Origin: an uncultured Bacteroidales bacterium
GTDB taxonomy: Bacteria > Bacteroidota > Bacteroidia > Bacteroidales > JAAUTT01
Assembly: GCA_964478555.1 (NCBI GenBank)
Contig: CAYZNC010000001.1
Location: 1-59,680, forward strand
Direction of reading: 5' to 3'
DNA: 59,680 bases
Shown here: in pieces, positions 38,832 to 48,944 of the stretch
Position numbering within the stretch: position 1 is the stretch's first letter
How the letters are laid out: each line of letters begins with the position of its first letter
Notes under the pieces: model-generated
Databases searched by the model: none
The model's input: only the letters and a program-made list of their open reading frames with translations
What the model was told of the DNA's origin: nothing
Translations under genes and position numbers: made by a program

Positions 38832-41800
38832 TTATTGTAATTTCAATATTTTCTTTGTCACTGAACCTTCTTCTGTTTGAATTTTTATGAAATACAAGCC
38901 TGCGCTCAGCCCATTCAAATGAAGATCTGATCCATTCTTGAATTTCTGTGAGGGTATTACTACATTTCCATTAGCATTTAAAATCACAATCGTTAAATAG
39001 TCTTCTTTTGCATTTTCCATGCGAATGGTAACATAATCAATAAATGGATTTGGAGATATTACTACCGTATTAGTACCTATTTCACCCTGAGTGACGATCG
39101 ATTTGGTTGTAAGAACATTTCCATCAGTACCTTGGGCAGCAGCTGCAGCTGTGGAAGTTTGCACCACAATGGATGAAGTCCAGTCATTTAAATTGATGGC
39201 GACATTGTTGGCATACAAACTAACCAAACAAGAAAAATCTCCCTGAAACGCATATGCATCCCCTCCAAAGTTATCATCCTGATACAGAATTGCTTCATAG
39301 CCACTTTTAACTTTAATCGAGGAGATATCGTCGTTCTTAATACCTTTCGCTATCAACTGAGTAAGTGTGTAACTACCTGGTGCCAGATCTACCGCATATC
39401 CACCATAGTTGCAATCCTGATAAACTGAAGCTGCAACAGGTGCAATTATCTGCAAGCTTATCTGCACCGATGCTTGCCCTCCTCTGTCGTCTGTTACTAT
39501 TGCTGTGATTATATAAGATCCCAAAGCAACATTAGTCCATGTAAAGGAATAAGGCGCTGAAGTAGCTTCTCCAAGTTTTACAGAGCTATTAAAGAATTCT
39601 ACTTTGGAAATATTGCCATCTGCATCAGATGCATTTACTGTCAACACTACATTCGTCGGGCCATTAAGTATGGTTCCTGAAGTTGGCGAAGCAAAGCTTA
39701 CAGAAGGTAGCTGATTGCTGGTAGAACGAACTCTTAACGAAGAAGTTGAGTCGTTAAGTCCAAGAGAATACAAACAAGCTATATCAGAAGAAAATACATC
39801 CGCCTCTCCTGTGAAATTATCATTTTTGTATAATACCACTTCGTAGCCACTGCTTATTTTTAGAGAAGAAATGTCGTTGTTAGGAATGCCTTTTGCCATC
39901 AGCTGTGCAATAGTATAGTTTCCAGCTTCGAGTCCAACGGCATAGCCGGATGTCAAATAATTACAATGTTGAAATACAGTAACAGGAAGGCTGGGGGTAC
40001 CATAAACTTCAAACTCCCACAATGAATATCCCCAAGCAGTTGCACGTTGTGTGCCGTACATTCTTACGTATCTGCCAGTACCTGTAATTGCCAGATCGTT
40101 TGTTCCTCCAGTGCCGGTTGTTGTGCTGTAAATAGAAGTCCAATTGGTTGCATCAGATGATACTTGTATTTCATAAGCACTTGCATAGGCTGCTTCCCAA
40201 CTTAGTTTTACGCGGTTAATATTGTATGCGGCTCCCAGATCGACGTAAATCCATTGAGGATCCGAATAAAGGGATGACCAGCGATTTGCCATGCTCCCAT
40301 CAAATGCATAGCTGGCAGGGAAATCTGAAGTTTCCACTGACGAAGCCACAGCAGGTTTGTTCAATGCGAGGTCGAGGACGGAAATGTCAGGAGGAACAGT
40401 ACCGGAAATATAGTACGAGCCAATCGATGCATAATTCGAATACCCGTCTGTTGCAGGGTTTCCAGCCCCTGTTCCACGAACGGACACATAGTAGGTTCCC
40501 TGAGTAACGCTTGTATTGATAGTACTTGGAAGCCCCGAAGGGTCATAGGTAGCAATAACTGTTCCTGCACTATTAAACAAAGTAACAAATATGTCAAGAT
40601 CTGAATGCCTTATAATTGTACTGAAGTTAAGTACAACATTTCCTCCGCCCGTAGAAAACGAAAATACATCAATATCGGCAGCGTTTTCAATGACACCATA
40701 ATTTTGGGATGCCGAAATATTGCCCAAACCATCGATGATGAGTGGGGCTGCAGTGGCAAAGGTATTTCCATGGTCGTCGGCCCTGTATCCCAAGCCATAA
40801 TTGGCACCGGAAATAATAGCCATATCATCCTGTACGTTATTTGCATATGCATACTCACCTTTACTCCATTGTGTAATAGGTTTGTAGTAACCTACCCCCA
40901 TAATAGGAGCCCAATTCCCTTGTCCTGCATAGTATTCTTCAACCGGAGAAGTCCTGCCATCGTGGCCTAACCCGAGGGTATGTCCAATTTCGTGCGAAGC
41001 CGCTTCTCCTCCAGCTTTGCCACCAGCCATAAACGACCAGCATGGTGTTTCATCTCCCCAATTGAAACAGCCCACATAAGCAACTCCTCCAGCACCCGGA
41101 GCTGCTGTATTTGTGGGAGTAAAAATGCACCTCATCCTGCGATTTTTTGGATATGTATTATACACAGCTTCGCTGGTAGTAATGTTGATATTAAAAGGAC
41201 GATAATCTTCGCTGATCATTTCCCATGCTTCCTGAATATTGTCATCAGTTACGGCGAATGCTTGAGCATCAATTGGATTACCATTATTCCAATGCGCGTT
41301 AACAACGTATTGGCCATCGAAATCAAGTAAAACACATCCGTTAGCGCCCGGATAACTCTGCATATTCAAGGTGCTGGCACTTACAGTAGTAGTTGCCTTA
41401 GTGGGTGCAACAGCTGATTTTAGGTTGCTGTTAGGTTTGTTATAATCTATACAAATGACACCGTTAATATCGGTTTTAACTACATAAGCATTTCCCTGAT
41501 CGTCAGAATAGTACTTATAATCCTCCCTGGTGCTTTTCAAAATAATATTACCCTCTACCGAATTAGAACTGTATTTAACAAAAAAGGCAGAGGAAGGGAT
41601 ACCATCCAATTCTCCGGCGAGCTCTTGTTTGCCGCTTTCAGTTGTTCCACTGTAGGTGATTTTTGCCACAAAAGTTTGGGTACCCGAAACTGCCAAATTC
41701 AGTTTTTGAACATTACCAGGGGCCGATTTTAACTTGTCCCCAAACAGCCCTGTGCATTTACCCAATAAAAACGGAGTGCTCTGAGGTTTCTGCTGAGCAT

Positions 41801-41855
41801 AACCAAAGGTTGTTAGTAAACATAGTACGAGACTAAATAGAATAAATTTTTTCAT
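38832..41855 (-). CDS. Secreted modular metzincin zinc metalloprotease with PPC, discoidin (F5/8 type C), Ig-like and two beta/gamma-crystallin-like modules and a T9SS C-terminal sorting domain
   Basis: 1007 aa. Signal peptide. HEIGHTLGLGHD plus Met-turn candidate WAPIMG. Pre-peptidase C-terminal-like module (GNTFATAAPL...YYVSVRGTG). Discoidin module (ALNKPAVASS...RWSSLYSDPQWIYVDLG...SLWEFEVYG). Ig-like module PSVSFASPTSG...ISKVEFFNSS... flanked by two related ~90-aa modules (VFQHCNY...SSLRVRS; VYQDCNYGGY...SSIVVQ). CTD ends GLYFIKIQTEEGSVTKKILKLQ. Confidence 0.85.
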   Translation of the reverse strand: MKKFILFSLVLCLLTTFGYAQQKPQSTPFLLGKCTGLFGDKLKSAPGNVQKLNLAVSGTQTFVAKITYSGTTESGKQELAGELDGIPSSAFFVKYSSNSVEGNIILKSTREDYKYYSDDQGNAYVVKTDINGVICIDYNKPNSNLKSAVAPTKATTTVSASTLNMQSYPGANGCVLLDFDGQYVVNAHWNNGNPIDAQAFAVTDDNIQEAWEMISEDYRPFNINITTSEAVYNTYPKNRRMRCIFTPTNTAAPGAGGVAYVGCFNWGDETPCWSFMAGGKAGGEAASHEIGHTLGLGHDGRTSPVEEYYAGQGNWAPIMGVGYYKPITQWSKGEYAYANNVQDDMAIISGANYGLGYRADDHGNTFATAAPLIIDGLGNISASQNYGVIENAADIDVFSFSTGGGNVVLNFSTIIRHSDLDIFVTLFNSAGTVIATYDPSGLPSTINTSVTQGTYYVSVRGTGAGNPATDGYSNYASIGSYYISGTVPPDISVLDLALNKPAVASSVETSDFPASYAFDGSMANRWSSLYSDPQWIYVDLGAAYNINRVKLSWEAAYASAYEIQVSSDATNWTSIYSTTTGTGGTNDLAITGTGRYVRMYGTQRATAWGYSLWEFEVYGTPSLPVTVFQHCNYLTSGYAVGLEAGNYTIAQLMAKGIPNNDISSLKISSGYEVVLYKNDNFTGEADVFSSDIACLYSLGLNDSTSSLRVRSTSNQLPSVSFASPTSGTILNGPTNVVLTVNASDADGNISKVEFFNSSVKLGEATSAPYSFTWTNVALGSYIITAIVTDDRGGQASVQISLQIIAPVAASVYQDCNYGGYAVDLAPGSYTLTQLIAKGIKNDDISSIKVKSGYEAILYQDDNFGGDAYAFQGDFSCLVSLYANNVAINLNDWTSSIVVQTSTAAAAAQGTDGNVLTTKSIVTQGEIGTNTVVISPNPFIDYVTIRMENAKEDYLTIVILNANGNVVIPSQKFKNGSDLHLNGLSAGLYFIKIQTEEGSVTKKILKLQ

Positions 41856-41897
41856 AACATGGATTAATTAGTTAATAGATAAATTGATATGAAGAAT

Positions 41898-41931
41898 GTA
41901 GAGATTGCAGTCTTCTGGCCACAATCTCTAC
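41898..41931 (-). terminator. Possible hairpin terminator/attenuator between the chitinase and protease genes
   Basis: Perfect 10-bp inverted repeat GTAGAGATTG (41898-41907) / CAATCTCTAC (41922-41931), 8 nt downstream of the chitinase stop. The U-tract is weak. Confidence 0.4.
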
Positions 41932-41938
41932 AACAGTA

Positions 41939-44900
41939 TTACTTAATGATCATTTTCTTTATTTTTGAATATTTTCCAACATTCAATTTATAGAAATAAA
42001 TTCCCGCAGATAAATTACCTGCGTTCAATACAATAGAATAATCACCAGCGTTTTGCTGCGCATTTACCAGTGTCATTATTTCCTTGCCAGTTATGTCAAG
42101 TACTTTCAACAATACTGGGGAAGCCTTGGATAAGCTATATGAGATAGTTGAAGTTGTTGTAAACGGGTTAGGATAGTTCTGGTACAACACAGGCTCTGTA
42201 TTTCCATTTGTAACAGAAGATACATCGGTAGCTAAGGCACCAGTGAGATTGGCCGCAGCACTACCAAAATAAACACTATAATTATTCAGGAACTCCGAGT
42301 TATTGGTGAGGTCCCAGTTGATGGACCATGTCATTAACCCTCTGAATCCCGGATAGCCTGATGATTTTTGAAGGATATAGCCACCTCCGAACGATACGCC
42401 TTGTGTAAGGTAGGAGAGTGCCTTCTTCATCTCAGCAGGACTAATATAACCTCCACTTGGAGCTGCTGCGGGGGTGGCTGGTATTCCAATCATCACCTGA
42501 TCTTCTCTTAAAGGAGGAAACATATTGCTGCTGTTGCCGGCAATTGGAAATCCTTTCATCACCATTTCAGCCATAGCTACTTCAAAATCAGCTGTTCCCG
42601 GATTGTAGTTTTTTCCATCAAGTCCTGTGCTGCTTCCGCAATTGTAATGCTGAACATGCAGATACGTTAATTTATCACTGAGTTTATGAATAATGGGAAG
42701 ATATGCGCCCCAGGGACCCCCGTAAGCAATGATGCCACCTTGTACGTAAGCAATTTCAGGAGCCATGCTTAAAATGAAATTAGCACCAAAATGATCGCAT
42801 ATTTGGCGTGTGGCCGAAATCAGGTTCACAATCTGTGGATTTGCCGGATTATCAAGGCTCTCACCTGAGTTAACCGTAACGTTGTTCTCAAGATCAAGAT
42901 CGATGCCGTTAAATCCGTATTTCTCAATTAGAGCGATAGCGGTAGATATAAAAATATCCCGGGCATTATTATCCGAAACAATCAGTACTCCGTTTTGCCC
43001 ACCTATCGAAAGCACTACTTTTTGTCCTCTGGAATTTAACAAAGCAATGTCCGATTTAAATTCGTCGTCGGTTGCATTGAACGGAGCAAATTGAAGTGAA
43101 CACCGGTCTCCTGCAGTTTCAGCGAAAGCGACATTAATAACATTCCATTTTGAAGCAACATCTCTAAGCTTGATGGTTGTTGAGCCATTAGAGAAGTTAT
43201 GCCAGTAACCGACTAATAATTTATCGGGCAAATTTCCTCCGTTATTACCACCGCTTAGGGTAATTGCATTCGCCGTATTGGTGAAATTGGAATTGCCATA
43301 AGTATTTTCAGCGCAGACCCGGTAATAATAGTTGGTAGATTGAGCTAATCCGGTATTGGCAAAACTGGTTGTATTTGCAGCAACGGTGGTTAACAAAACC
43401 CAGGTTGTTCCATCGGAAGAACGTTCAATCCTAAAATCGCTTTCATTGGTTGAGTTATCGACCCAGGAAATAGAAATTTGGCTGCTGGATATTGCCGAGG
43501 CAGACAAACTGCCTGGAGCCGCAGGAGCTGTTTGATTGTCACCATCGCATAAACCGATGTATATCCATGCATCCTGCCAGGCAAAACCAACTCCGGGTTC
43601 ATAAGCAGAATTTGTGGAATTAGCCCATCCGTCATATGGCCAGGGTTTGCATTCGTATATATTGCCAATGTTTGAAATTCTGTCACCACCTTTGTAGGAA
43701 CCTATTCCGGAAGGGTAAGCTGGCAATCCGTTGCAGGTCGATCCACCTCTGGTAACGTCAATGACAATGCTTGTTGAAGTAGTCGATGCCCCTTTATCAT
43801 CGGTGGCTACTGCGGTAATGGTGTAAGAACCTGCTGCTACATAGTTCCAGGCAATACTATAAGGAGATGTATTATCAGTGCCTAAAGAAGTTGTACCATT
43901 AAAGAATTCGACTTTTGAGATGCTACCGTCATTATCGCTGGCATTAGCAGAAACAGTAATACTTGCAGGAGCTATGAATGTAGCTCCATTCGAAGGACTG
44001 ACTAGACTTACTGTGGGTGGTGTATTACCTGCAGTATTAACAGTTACTGATACACTGCCAGAAGTGGTAGAAGCGCCTTTGTCATCAGTAGCAACAGTAG
44101 TAATGGTATAAGAACCAGCAACCACATTGTTCCAGGCAATACTGTAAGGTAATGTATTATCAGTTCCTAAAGAAGTTGTACCATTAAAAAATTCGACTTT
44201 TGCAATACTACCGTCATTATCGCTGGCATTAGCGGATATAATTATGTTTGCCGGGGCTGTGTACGATGCTCCGGTTACAGGACTGGAAATAGCCACAGTA
44301 GGCGCTATGTTTCCTGAACTGCCGCAAGGCCCTATCAATATCCAGGCGTCCTGCCAGGCAAATCCTACCCCCGGAACATAAGCATCGGCTGCTAAATTCG
44401 CCCATCCATCGTATGGCCAAGGCTTGCATTCATATATATTACCGATGTTAGAAACCCTGTCTCCTCCTTTGTAAGATCCCCTTCCTGTGGGATAAGCTGG
44501 TAATCCACCACAATCTGATCCACTACTTACCGTGATTGTCACTCCGCCGGACATAGTTGTTGCACCTTTATCATCAGTAGCCATAGCTGTAATAGTATAA
44601 GCACCCGTTGCTACATTGTTCCAGGAAATGCTGTAAGGAGATGTATTGTCAGTTCCCAAAGAGGTAGCACCATTATAAAATTCGACTTTTGAAATACTAC
44701 CGTCACTGTCACTTGCATTGCCTGATATAGTGATGTTTGCCGGGGCAGTAAATATGGCCCCATTTGCAGGACTCGTTATACTGACTGTTGGAGGGTTATT
44801 TCCTCCGGTGCCATTAACAGCTACAGTAACCCTGCTTGAAGTGGTAGACGCTCCCTTGTCATCAGTGGCGATAGCTGTTAGGACGTAAGAACCCACCCCT

Positions 44901-46627
44901 ACATTGTTCCAGGAAATGCTATAAGGCGAAGTATTTTTGACTCCTAACGATGTTGTACCATTAAAAAATTCGACTTTTGAAATAGTTCCATCTGCATCTG
45001 CTGCATTAGCTGAAATTATAATATTGGCAGGAGCTGTAAACGAAGCTCCACTGGCAGGATTGGTGAGGCTGATTGTTGGTGATGAGTTACCTCCCCCGCC
45101 AGTGGCAAATACTTCGTTAATTTTATTTACCAGTTCGGATTTTACCGTTGACCATCGTTTTAATTTTGTTCCAAAAGAAGTTACCGCTCCACTTAGTTCC
45201 AAATCGCCATAAACTGTCCATACAATGGTTCCGGCAAGCTGGTTATCTGCAATAAACTGTGCTTTATAACCAATAGACTCAACATCATCGTAGCTTAGAA
45301 AGTATGATCCGTTGGTTAGGTATGGTACTTTTGCCTGATTGTCCCATTGTCTTGTCCATCCGCTTCCTGACGTAAGCGCTTTTTGCTTAATAAAGAAATA
45401 ATTGGGAGTGCCATCGTACACATCTTTAGGCCAATTGGTATAATCGGCACACGTAGTGATAGGGCCATCGGGCTGAACAGTTTCACTCCTTTTAACAGTA
45501 GTGGCATTTAACGCAGCAGAACCTTGGGTAATCACTCCTCGGCCATAAAAAGGTGCGCCAAAATTAATTTTACTTTTAGGAACGCCCAAAGAATTGAGTG
45601 TAGTTAATAAGCTTTGCCAGTTAAAAGTAGTGGCTTCTGCTCCGTCATAATTATATAATGGTGAGTTATGTCCTGCTTTGTTTGACCATCCGCCATTGAA
45701 ATCATAAGTCATGAAGTTGTAGTAATTCATGATATTATTGAGTTTATTCCATTCAAGCCCTTGAATCTTCGCAGGGTCAGCGGAAATGGCAGCAGTGATT
45801 AACTTGTCTGTGCCAATTGCATTTCTGATTTCCTGAACAAGTGTGGTTAAATTTGCAAAGTCTGCCGGGGTTCCTGTAAAGTTCATACCGGAATATGGTC
45901 CGGGATATTCCCAGTCCAGGTCTATTCCATCAAAACCCACATTAATCAGTTTCTTGCAATCGTCAACAAACTTTTTCCTTTTTGTAGGATCGGCAGCCAT
46001 TGCAGGATAATGCTTGCACATACTCCAGCCACCTATGGAAGCTAATACCTTAACACCCTTTTGATGTGCCAATGTCAATAGTCCTGGTGCACCTGTTTCT
46101 TTATGTAGAGGTACAGGTAAAGGTTTATTCAGCAGTCCCCAGGTTGGGTTAGACCATGTGCTTCCTCCCACTTGTACTTCAAAGCCTTGTGCCTTGCAAC
46201 GGTCAGCTGCAGTCTGGTCGATATATTGGATGGGATCAATCTCTCCGAATAAAATGTACATGTCCCAACTACTGTATATATCGGTATAAAAAATATCTGC
46301 AGGTTGTTGCACCTCATTGGTCATGTAAATGTTTTTATTACGGAAGTCGCCACTGTGGAGAGACCCATCCACAGCCACGCCAAAAAACGAAAAGTTCAGG
46401 ATCGTGTATTTTGAATAATCGATATTCAAATGAGTTAGTGCTCCTACATCGGGTAATCCTGCTGGTGCTGCTTTCCAGGCATCCCAATTGGTTATGTATC
46501 CTATCACCTGTTTACTGTGACTTGCAGTGGTTGCTGTTCCTCCTGTATTTACCTGTGCAAAACCGGTTGCTAAAGACAACCATAACACCAACGCACTTGC
46601 CAGTAGGTTTTTGAATAGTCTTTTCAT
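41939..46627 (-). CDS. Giant secreted chitinase with two GH18 catalytic domains, (Ig-like, Ig-like, CBM5/12-like) x2, FN3 and a T9SS C-terminal sorting domain (architecture like Flavobacterium johnsoniae ChiA)
   Basis: 1562 aa. Signal peptide. N-terminal GH18 with FDGIDLDWEYP. Four Ig-like modules (ISKVEFFNGTTSLG...). Two Cys-bounded modules (YKGGDRVSNIGNIYECKPWPYDGWAN...FAWQDAW). FN3 (ISISWVDNSTNESDFRIERSSDG...YYYRVCAEN). Second GH18 with GFNGIDLDLENN. CTD YPNPFTTTSTISY...GIYFYKLNVGKYSKIKKMIIK. Confidence 0.92.
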   Translation of the reverse strand: MKRLFKNLLASALVLWLSLATGFAQVNTGGTATTASHSKQVIGYITNWDAWKAAPAGLPDVGALTHLNIDYSKYTILNFSFFGVAVDGSLHSGDFRNKNIYMTNEVQQPADIFYTDIYSSWDMYILFGEIDPIQYIDQTAADRCKAQGFEVQVGGSTWSNPTWGLLNKPLPVPLHKETGAPGLLTLAHQKGVKVLASIGGWSMCKHYPAMAADPTKRKKFVDDCKKLINVGFDGIDLDWEYPGPYSGMNFTGTPADFANLTTLVQEIRNAIGTDKLITAAISADPAKIQGLEWNKLNNIMNYYNFMTYDFNGGWSNKAGHNSPLYNYDGAEATTFNWQSLLTTLNSLGVPKSKINFGAPFYGRGVITQGSAALNATTVKRSETVQPDGPITTCADYTNWPKDVYDGTPNYFFIKQKALTSGSGWTRQWDNQAKVPYLTNGSYFLSYDDVESIGYKAQFIADNQLAGTIVWTVYGDLELSGAVTSFGTKLKRWSTVKSELVNKINEVFATGGGGNSSPTISLTNPASGASFTAPANIIISANAADADGTISKVEFFNGTTSLGVKNTSPYSISWNNVGVGSYVLTAIATDDKGASTTSSRVTVAVNGTGGNNPPTVSITSPANGAIFTAPANITISGNASDSDGSISKVEFYNGATSLGTDNTSPYSISWNNVATGAYTITAMATDDKGATTMSGGVTITVSSGSDCGGLPAYPTGRGSYKGGDRVSNIGNIYECKPWPYDGWANLAADAYVPGVGFAWQDAWILIGPCGSSGNIAPTVAISSPVTGASYTAPANIIISANASDNDGSIAKVEFFNGTTSLGTDNTLPYSIAWNNVVAGSYTITTVATDDKGASTTSGSVSVTVNTAGNTPPTVSLVSPSNGATFIAPASITVSANASDNDGSISKVEFFNGTTSLGTDNTSPYSIAWNYVAAGSYTITAVATDDKGASTTSTSIVIDVTRGGSTCNGLPAYPSGIGSYKGGDRISNIGNIYECKPWPYDGWANSTNSAYEPGVGFAWQDAWIYIGLCDGDNQTAPAAPGSLSASAISSSQISISWVDNSTNESDFRIERSSDGTTWVLLTTVAANTTSFANTGLAQSTNYYYRVCAENTYGNSNFTNTANAITLSGGNNGGNLPDKLLVGYWHNFSNGSTTIKLRDVASKWNVINVAFAETAGDRCSLQFAPFNATDDEFKSDIALLNSRGQKVVLSIGGQNGVLIVSDNNARDIFISTAIALIEKYGFNGIDLDLENNVTVNSGESLDNPANPQIVNLISATRQICDHFGANFILSMAPEIAYVQGGIIAYGGPWGAYLPIIHKLSDKLTYLHVQHYNCGSSTGLDGKNYNPGTADFEVAMAEMVMKGFPIAGNSSNMFPPLREDQVMIGIPATPAAAPSGGYISPAEMKKALSYLTQGVSFGGGYILQKSSGYPGFRGLMTWSINWDLTNNSEFLNNYSVYFGSAAANLTGALATDVSSVTNGNTEPVLYQNYPNPFTTTSTISYSLSKASPVLLKVLDITGKEIMTLVNAQQNAGDYSIVLNAGNLSAGIYFYKLNVGKYSKIKKMIIK
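43531..45088 (-). repeat. Intragenic tandem duplication inside the chitinase gene: (Ig-like, Ig-like, CBM5/12-like) supermodule x2, about 780 bp each
   Basis: A recurrent DNA block on the plus strand (CCATTAAAAAATTCGACTTTTG and close variants) occurs near 43897, 44180, 44669 and 44958. The protein repeats are listed in the chitinase entry. Confidence 0.75.
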
Positions 46628-46649
46628 ATGATCAAAGTTTAAATTAACG

Positions 46650-47715
46650 TTATTCCACCACTATTTTTTTCTGAATATCTCCTTGTTCTGATTTTAAAGA
46701 AATAATATAGATACCCTTTGCCCATTTTGAAACATCAGGTTGAATGATATTCGTATCTTTTGTGATGGTGGAGATATATACAATTCTGCCGGTTATGTTG
46801 TAAATTCTGAGGATACCCTGGCTAGTTATTCCTTTAAAAGCAACTGTTAAATTACCTGTTGCCGGATTGGGATAAGCGTCCATGTTAACGGGTGAGGTAT
46901 TCTCGGGATTGGATAATTCAGATTTGACCGTACTACCATATACCTCAAATTCCCACAATGAAAAGCCATATTGTGTAGCTCTGGTTAATCCGTACATTCT
47001 TACATAGCGAGCGTTAACGGGAGGGAGGTTTATATCTTCGGTACCACCAGCACCAGCTGTTATTGTTTTTTGCACCGTCCAGTTAACATTATCAGTGGAT
47101 GTTTCGATACGGTAAGAACTTGCATAAGCGACCTCCCATTTAAGTACGATTTCGGATATGTTTTTGGTTGAGCCAAGGTCGACTAATATCCATTGGTTAT
47201 CGGCATATGAAGACGACCAGCGTGTAGTTGTGGTATTGCCATCAAAAGCTTTGGAAGGTTCAAACCCTGTAACTTCGATGGACGATGCGTTTGCCACTTG
47301 GTTCAAGGCCAGGTTCGAACTTGTTGGGGCAGCGTACACCTCGAACTCCCATAACGAAAAACCATACACTGTGGCTCTTTTCAATCCGTACATCCGCACA
47401 TAACGGGCGTTCACGGTTGGGAAGCTAATATCTTCCATGCCACCGGCACCAGACGTTATTGTTTTTTGTACTGCCCAGTTTATGTTGTCGGAGGAGGTTT
47501 CGATGCGGTACGAGCTGGCATAAGCAGCCTCCCACTTGAGCACAACGCGTGAAATATTTTGGGCAGCGCCAAGGTCGACTGATATCCATTGGTTGTCGGC
47601 ATACGAAGAAGACCAACGGGTTGTGACTGCGTCACCATCAAAAGCCTTGTATGGTTCGAAACCGGCAGTTTCGATAGAAGATGAGTTGGCTATTTTATTT
47701 AATGCCAGATTTGAA
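46650..47715 (-). repeat. Paralogous DNA blocks shared with 49094..49760 (CTD plus discoidin modules)
   Basis: 46650-46997 aligns with 49094-49440, and 47386-~47715 aligns with 49434-~49760, at high nucleotide identity judged by eye (long identical runs such as GGCACCAGACGTTATTGTTTTTTGTA and CAAGGTCGACTGATATCCATTGGTTGT). Confidence 0.8.
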
Positions 47716-48944
47716 CTAACAGTGGTGCCATAAACCTCAAATACCCATATTGAGTATCCGTATGTTGTGCCGCGTTTCGTACCATACATTCTTATATACC
47801 TTCCGGTACCGGAAACTGTTAAATCATTAATTCCTCCAGTTCCAGTGGTTGTGCTGAATATGGACGTCCATGTACTGGCGTCGTTTGATACCTGAATTTG
47901 ATATTCACTTGCATAAGCAGCTTCCCATGTAATTTTTACGCGGCTTACATTATAAGTGGCGCCCAAGTCAACCATAATCCATTGAGGGTCGGAATAAGCC
48001 GATGACCAACGGGTACTATAGCTATTGTCAACTGCATTGGCAGCCACATAGGTTGTGTTTTCGGTTGAAGAAACTGTTACAGGCTTATTCAAAGCAAGGT
48101 TATCAGGAACAGGAGTGCTTCCTTTGCAAATTGCCCCTAAAGTGTTATCGATCGAATTAATATCGCCGTATTCTGAAGCGATGTCCCAGATCATTATTCC
48201 ACCTGCAGTTGTTTTAGCAAGATTGGCTTTCTGAATATGCTCAGCTGTATTGTTATCCGAACTATAAAAAGGTACACCAAGCATACGTTTGCCTTGTGGT
48301 ACACCACGAGCTGTCCAGTAAACCATCGCATCACTTGCCATTGAATAAGGGCCGTAACACATAATATTTAACAAATCTACCATGGAAACATTGTCATAGT
48401 TGTCTCCGTAGTATGAACTCTCTGCAACTGCCGCTGTAAATAATTTGCCCATCCCGTGAATTTTCGCGGCAAGAACTGTGACGAGATTGTTCCATTTGGT
48501 TTTACTGGTAGGGTATTCCCAATCTATATCAATCCCATCTAAGTTATATGTGTTAACCAAGTTATAACATGCAGTCGCTAGCTGATTGATAGCAGTGGAA
48601 CTATTTGCTATTGATTCAAATGGAGTATTATCAGGGGAGGACGTTAACCACCCTCCAATTGACAGAAGTACTTTAACGTTATTGGCATGGCCCCTGCTAA
48701 CCAGATCGATTAACGCCGAAGCGTTTTCGACCGAACCAATATTTCCATCACTACCAGGAATTGCGAAAGCATAGCAAATATGGGTGTATTTACTATAGTC
48801 AATCTGTGAAGGTGAGGTAATATAATAGTTACCACCAGATACCCATGAAGGAAAGTATCCAACTACGTTATAGCATGTCATTTGAGCAAACGCTCCTGAC
48901 AGCATCAAAAAAGTAAACATAACTAATAGATTAAGTTTTTTCAT
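46650..48944 (-). CDS. Secreted GH18 chitinase with three discoidin (F5/8 type C) modules and a T9SS C-terminal sorting domain
   Basis: 764 aa. Signal peptide ending AFAQ. GH18 motif LDGIDIDWEYP. Three modules of pattern ALNK/Q...RWSS.Y.D.QWI.VDLG...LWEFEVY. CTD YPNPATGNLTVAF...GIYIISLKSEQGDIQKKIVVE. It lies 22 nt upstream of the giant chitinase gene. Confidence 0.9.
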   Translation of the reverse strand: MKKLNLLVMFTFLMLSGAFAQMTCYNVVGYFPSWVSGGNYYITSPSQIDYSKYTHICYAFAIPGSDGNIGSVENASALIDLVSRGHANNVKVLLSIGGWLTSSPDNTPFESIANSSTAINQLATACYNLVNTYNLDGIDIDWEYPTSKTKWNNLVTVLAAKIHGMGKLFTAAVAESSYYGDNYDNVSMVDLLNIMCYGPYSMASDAMVYWTARGVPQGKRMLGVPFYSSDNNTAEHIQKANLAKTTAGGIMIWDIASEYGDINSIDNTLGAICKGSTPVPDNLALNKPVTVSSTENTTYVAANAVDNSYSTRWSSAYSDPQWIMVDLGATYNVSRVKITWEAAYASEYQIQVSNDASTWTSIFSTTTGTGGINDLTVSGTGRYIRMYGTKRGTTYGYSIWVFEVYGTTVSSNLALNKIANSSSIETAGFEPYKAFDGDAVTTRWSSSYADNQWISVDLGAAQNISRVVLKWEAAYASSYRIETSSDNINWAVQKTITSGAGGMEDISFPTVNARYVRMYGLKRATVYGFSLWEFEVYAAPTSSNLALNQVANASSIEVTGFEPSKAFDGNTTTTRWSSSYADNQWILVDLGSTKNISEIVLKWEVAYASSYRIETSTDNVNWTVQKTITAGAGGTEDINLPPVNARYVRMYGLTRATQYGFSLWEFEVYGSTVKSELSNPENTSPVNMDAYPNPATGNLTVAFKGITSQGILRIYNITGRIVYISTITKDTNIIQPDVSKWAKGIYIISLKSEQGDIQKKIVVE

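Noticed and set aside
43531-45088. Regularly spaced DNA repeats that could be mistaken for a CRISPR-like or tandem non-coding array
   Set aside because: The repeats are ~280-780 bp protein-module duplications inside one long open reading frame (Ig-like and CBM modules). There are no short direct repeats with unique spacers and no cas genes.
46156-46614. 152-aa plus-strand ORF
   Set aside because: It is antisense inside the N-terminal GH18 domain of the giant chitinase. Shadow ORF.
47425-47616. 63-aa ORF with a near-identical paralogue at 49473-49664, which could look like a conserved small gene
   Set aside because: The conservation simply reflects the duplicated discoidin-module DNA. Both ORFs are alternative frames of the coding strand inside the larger genes.
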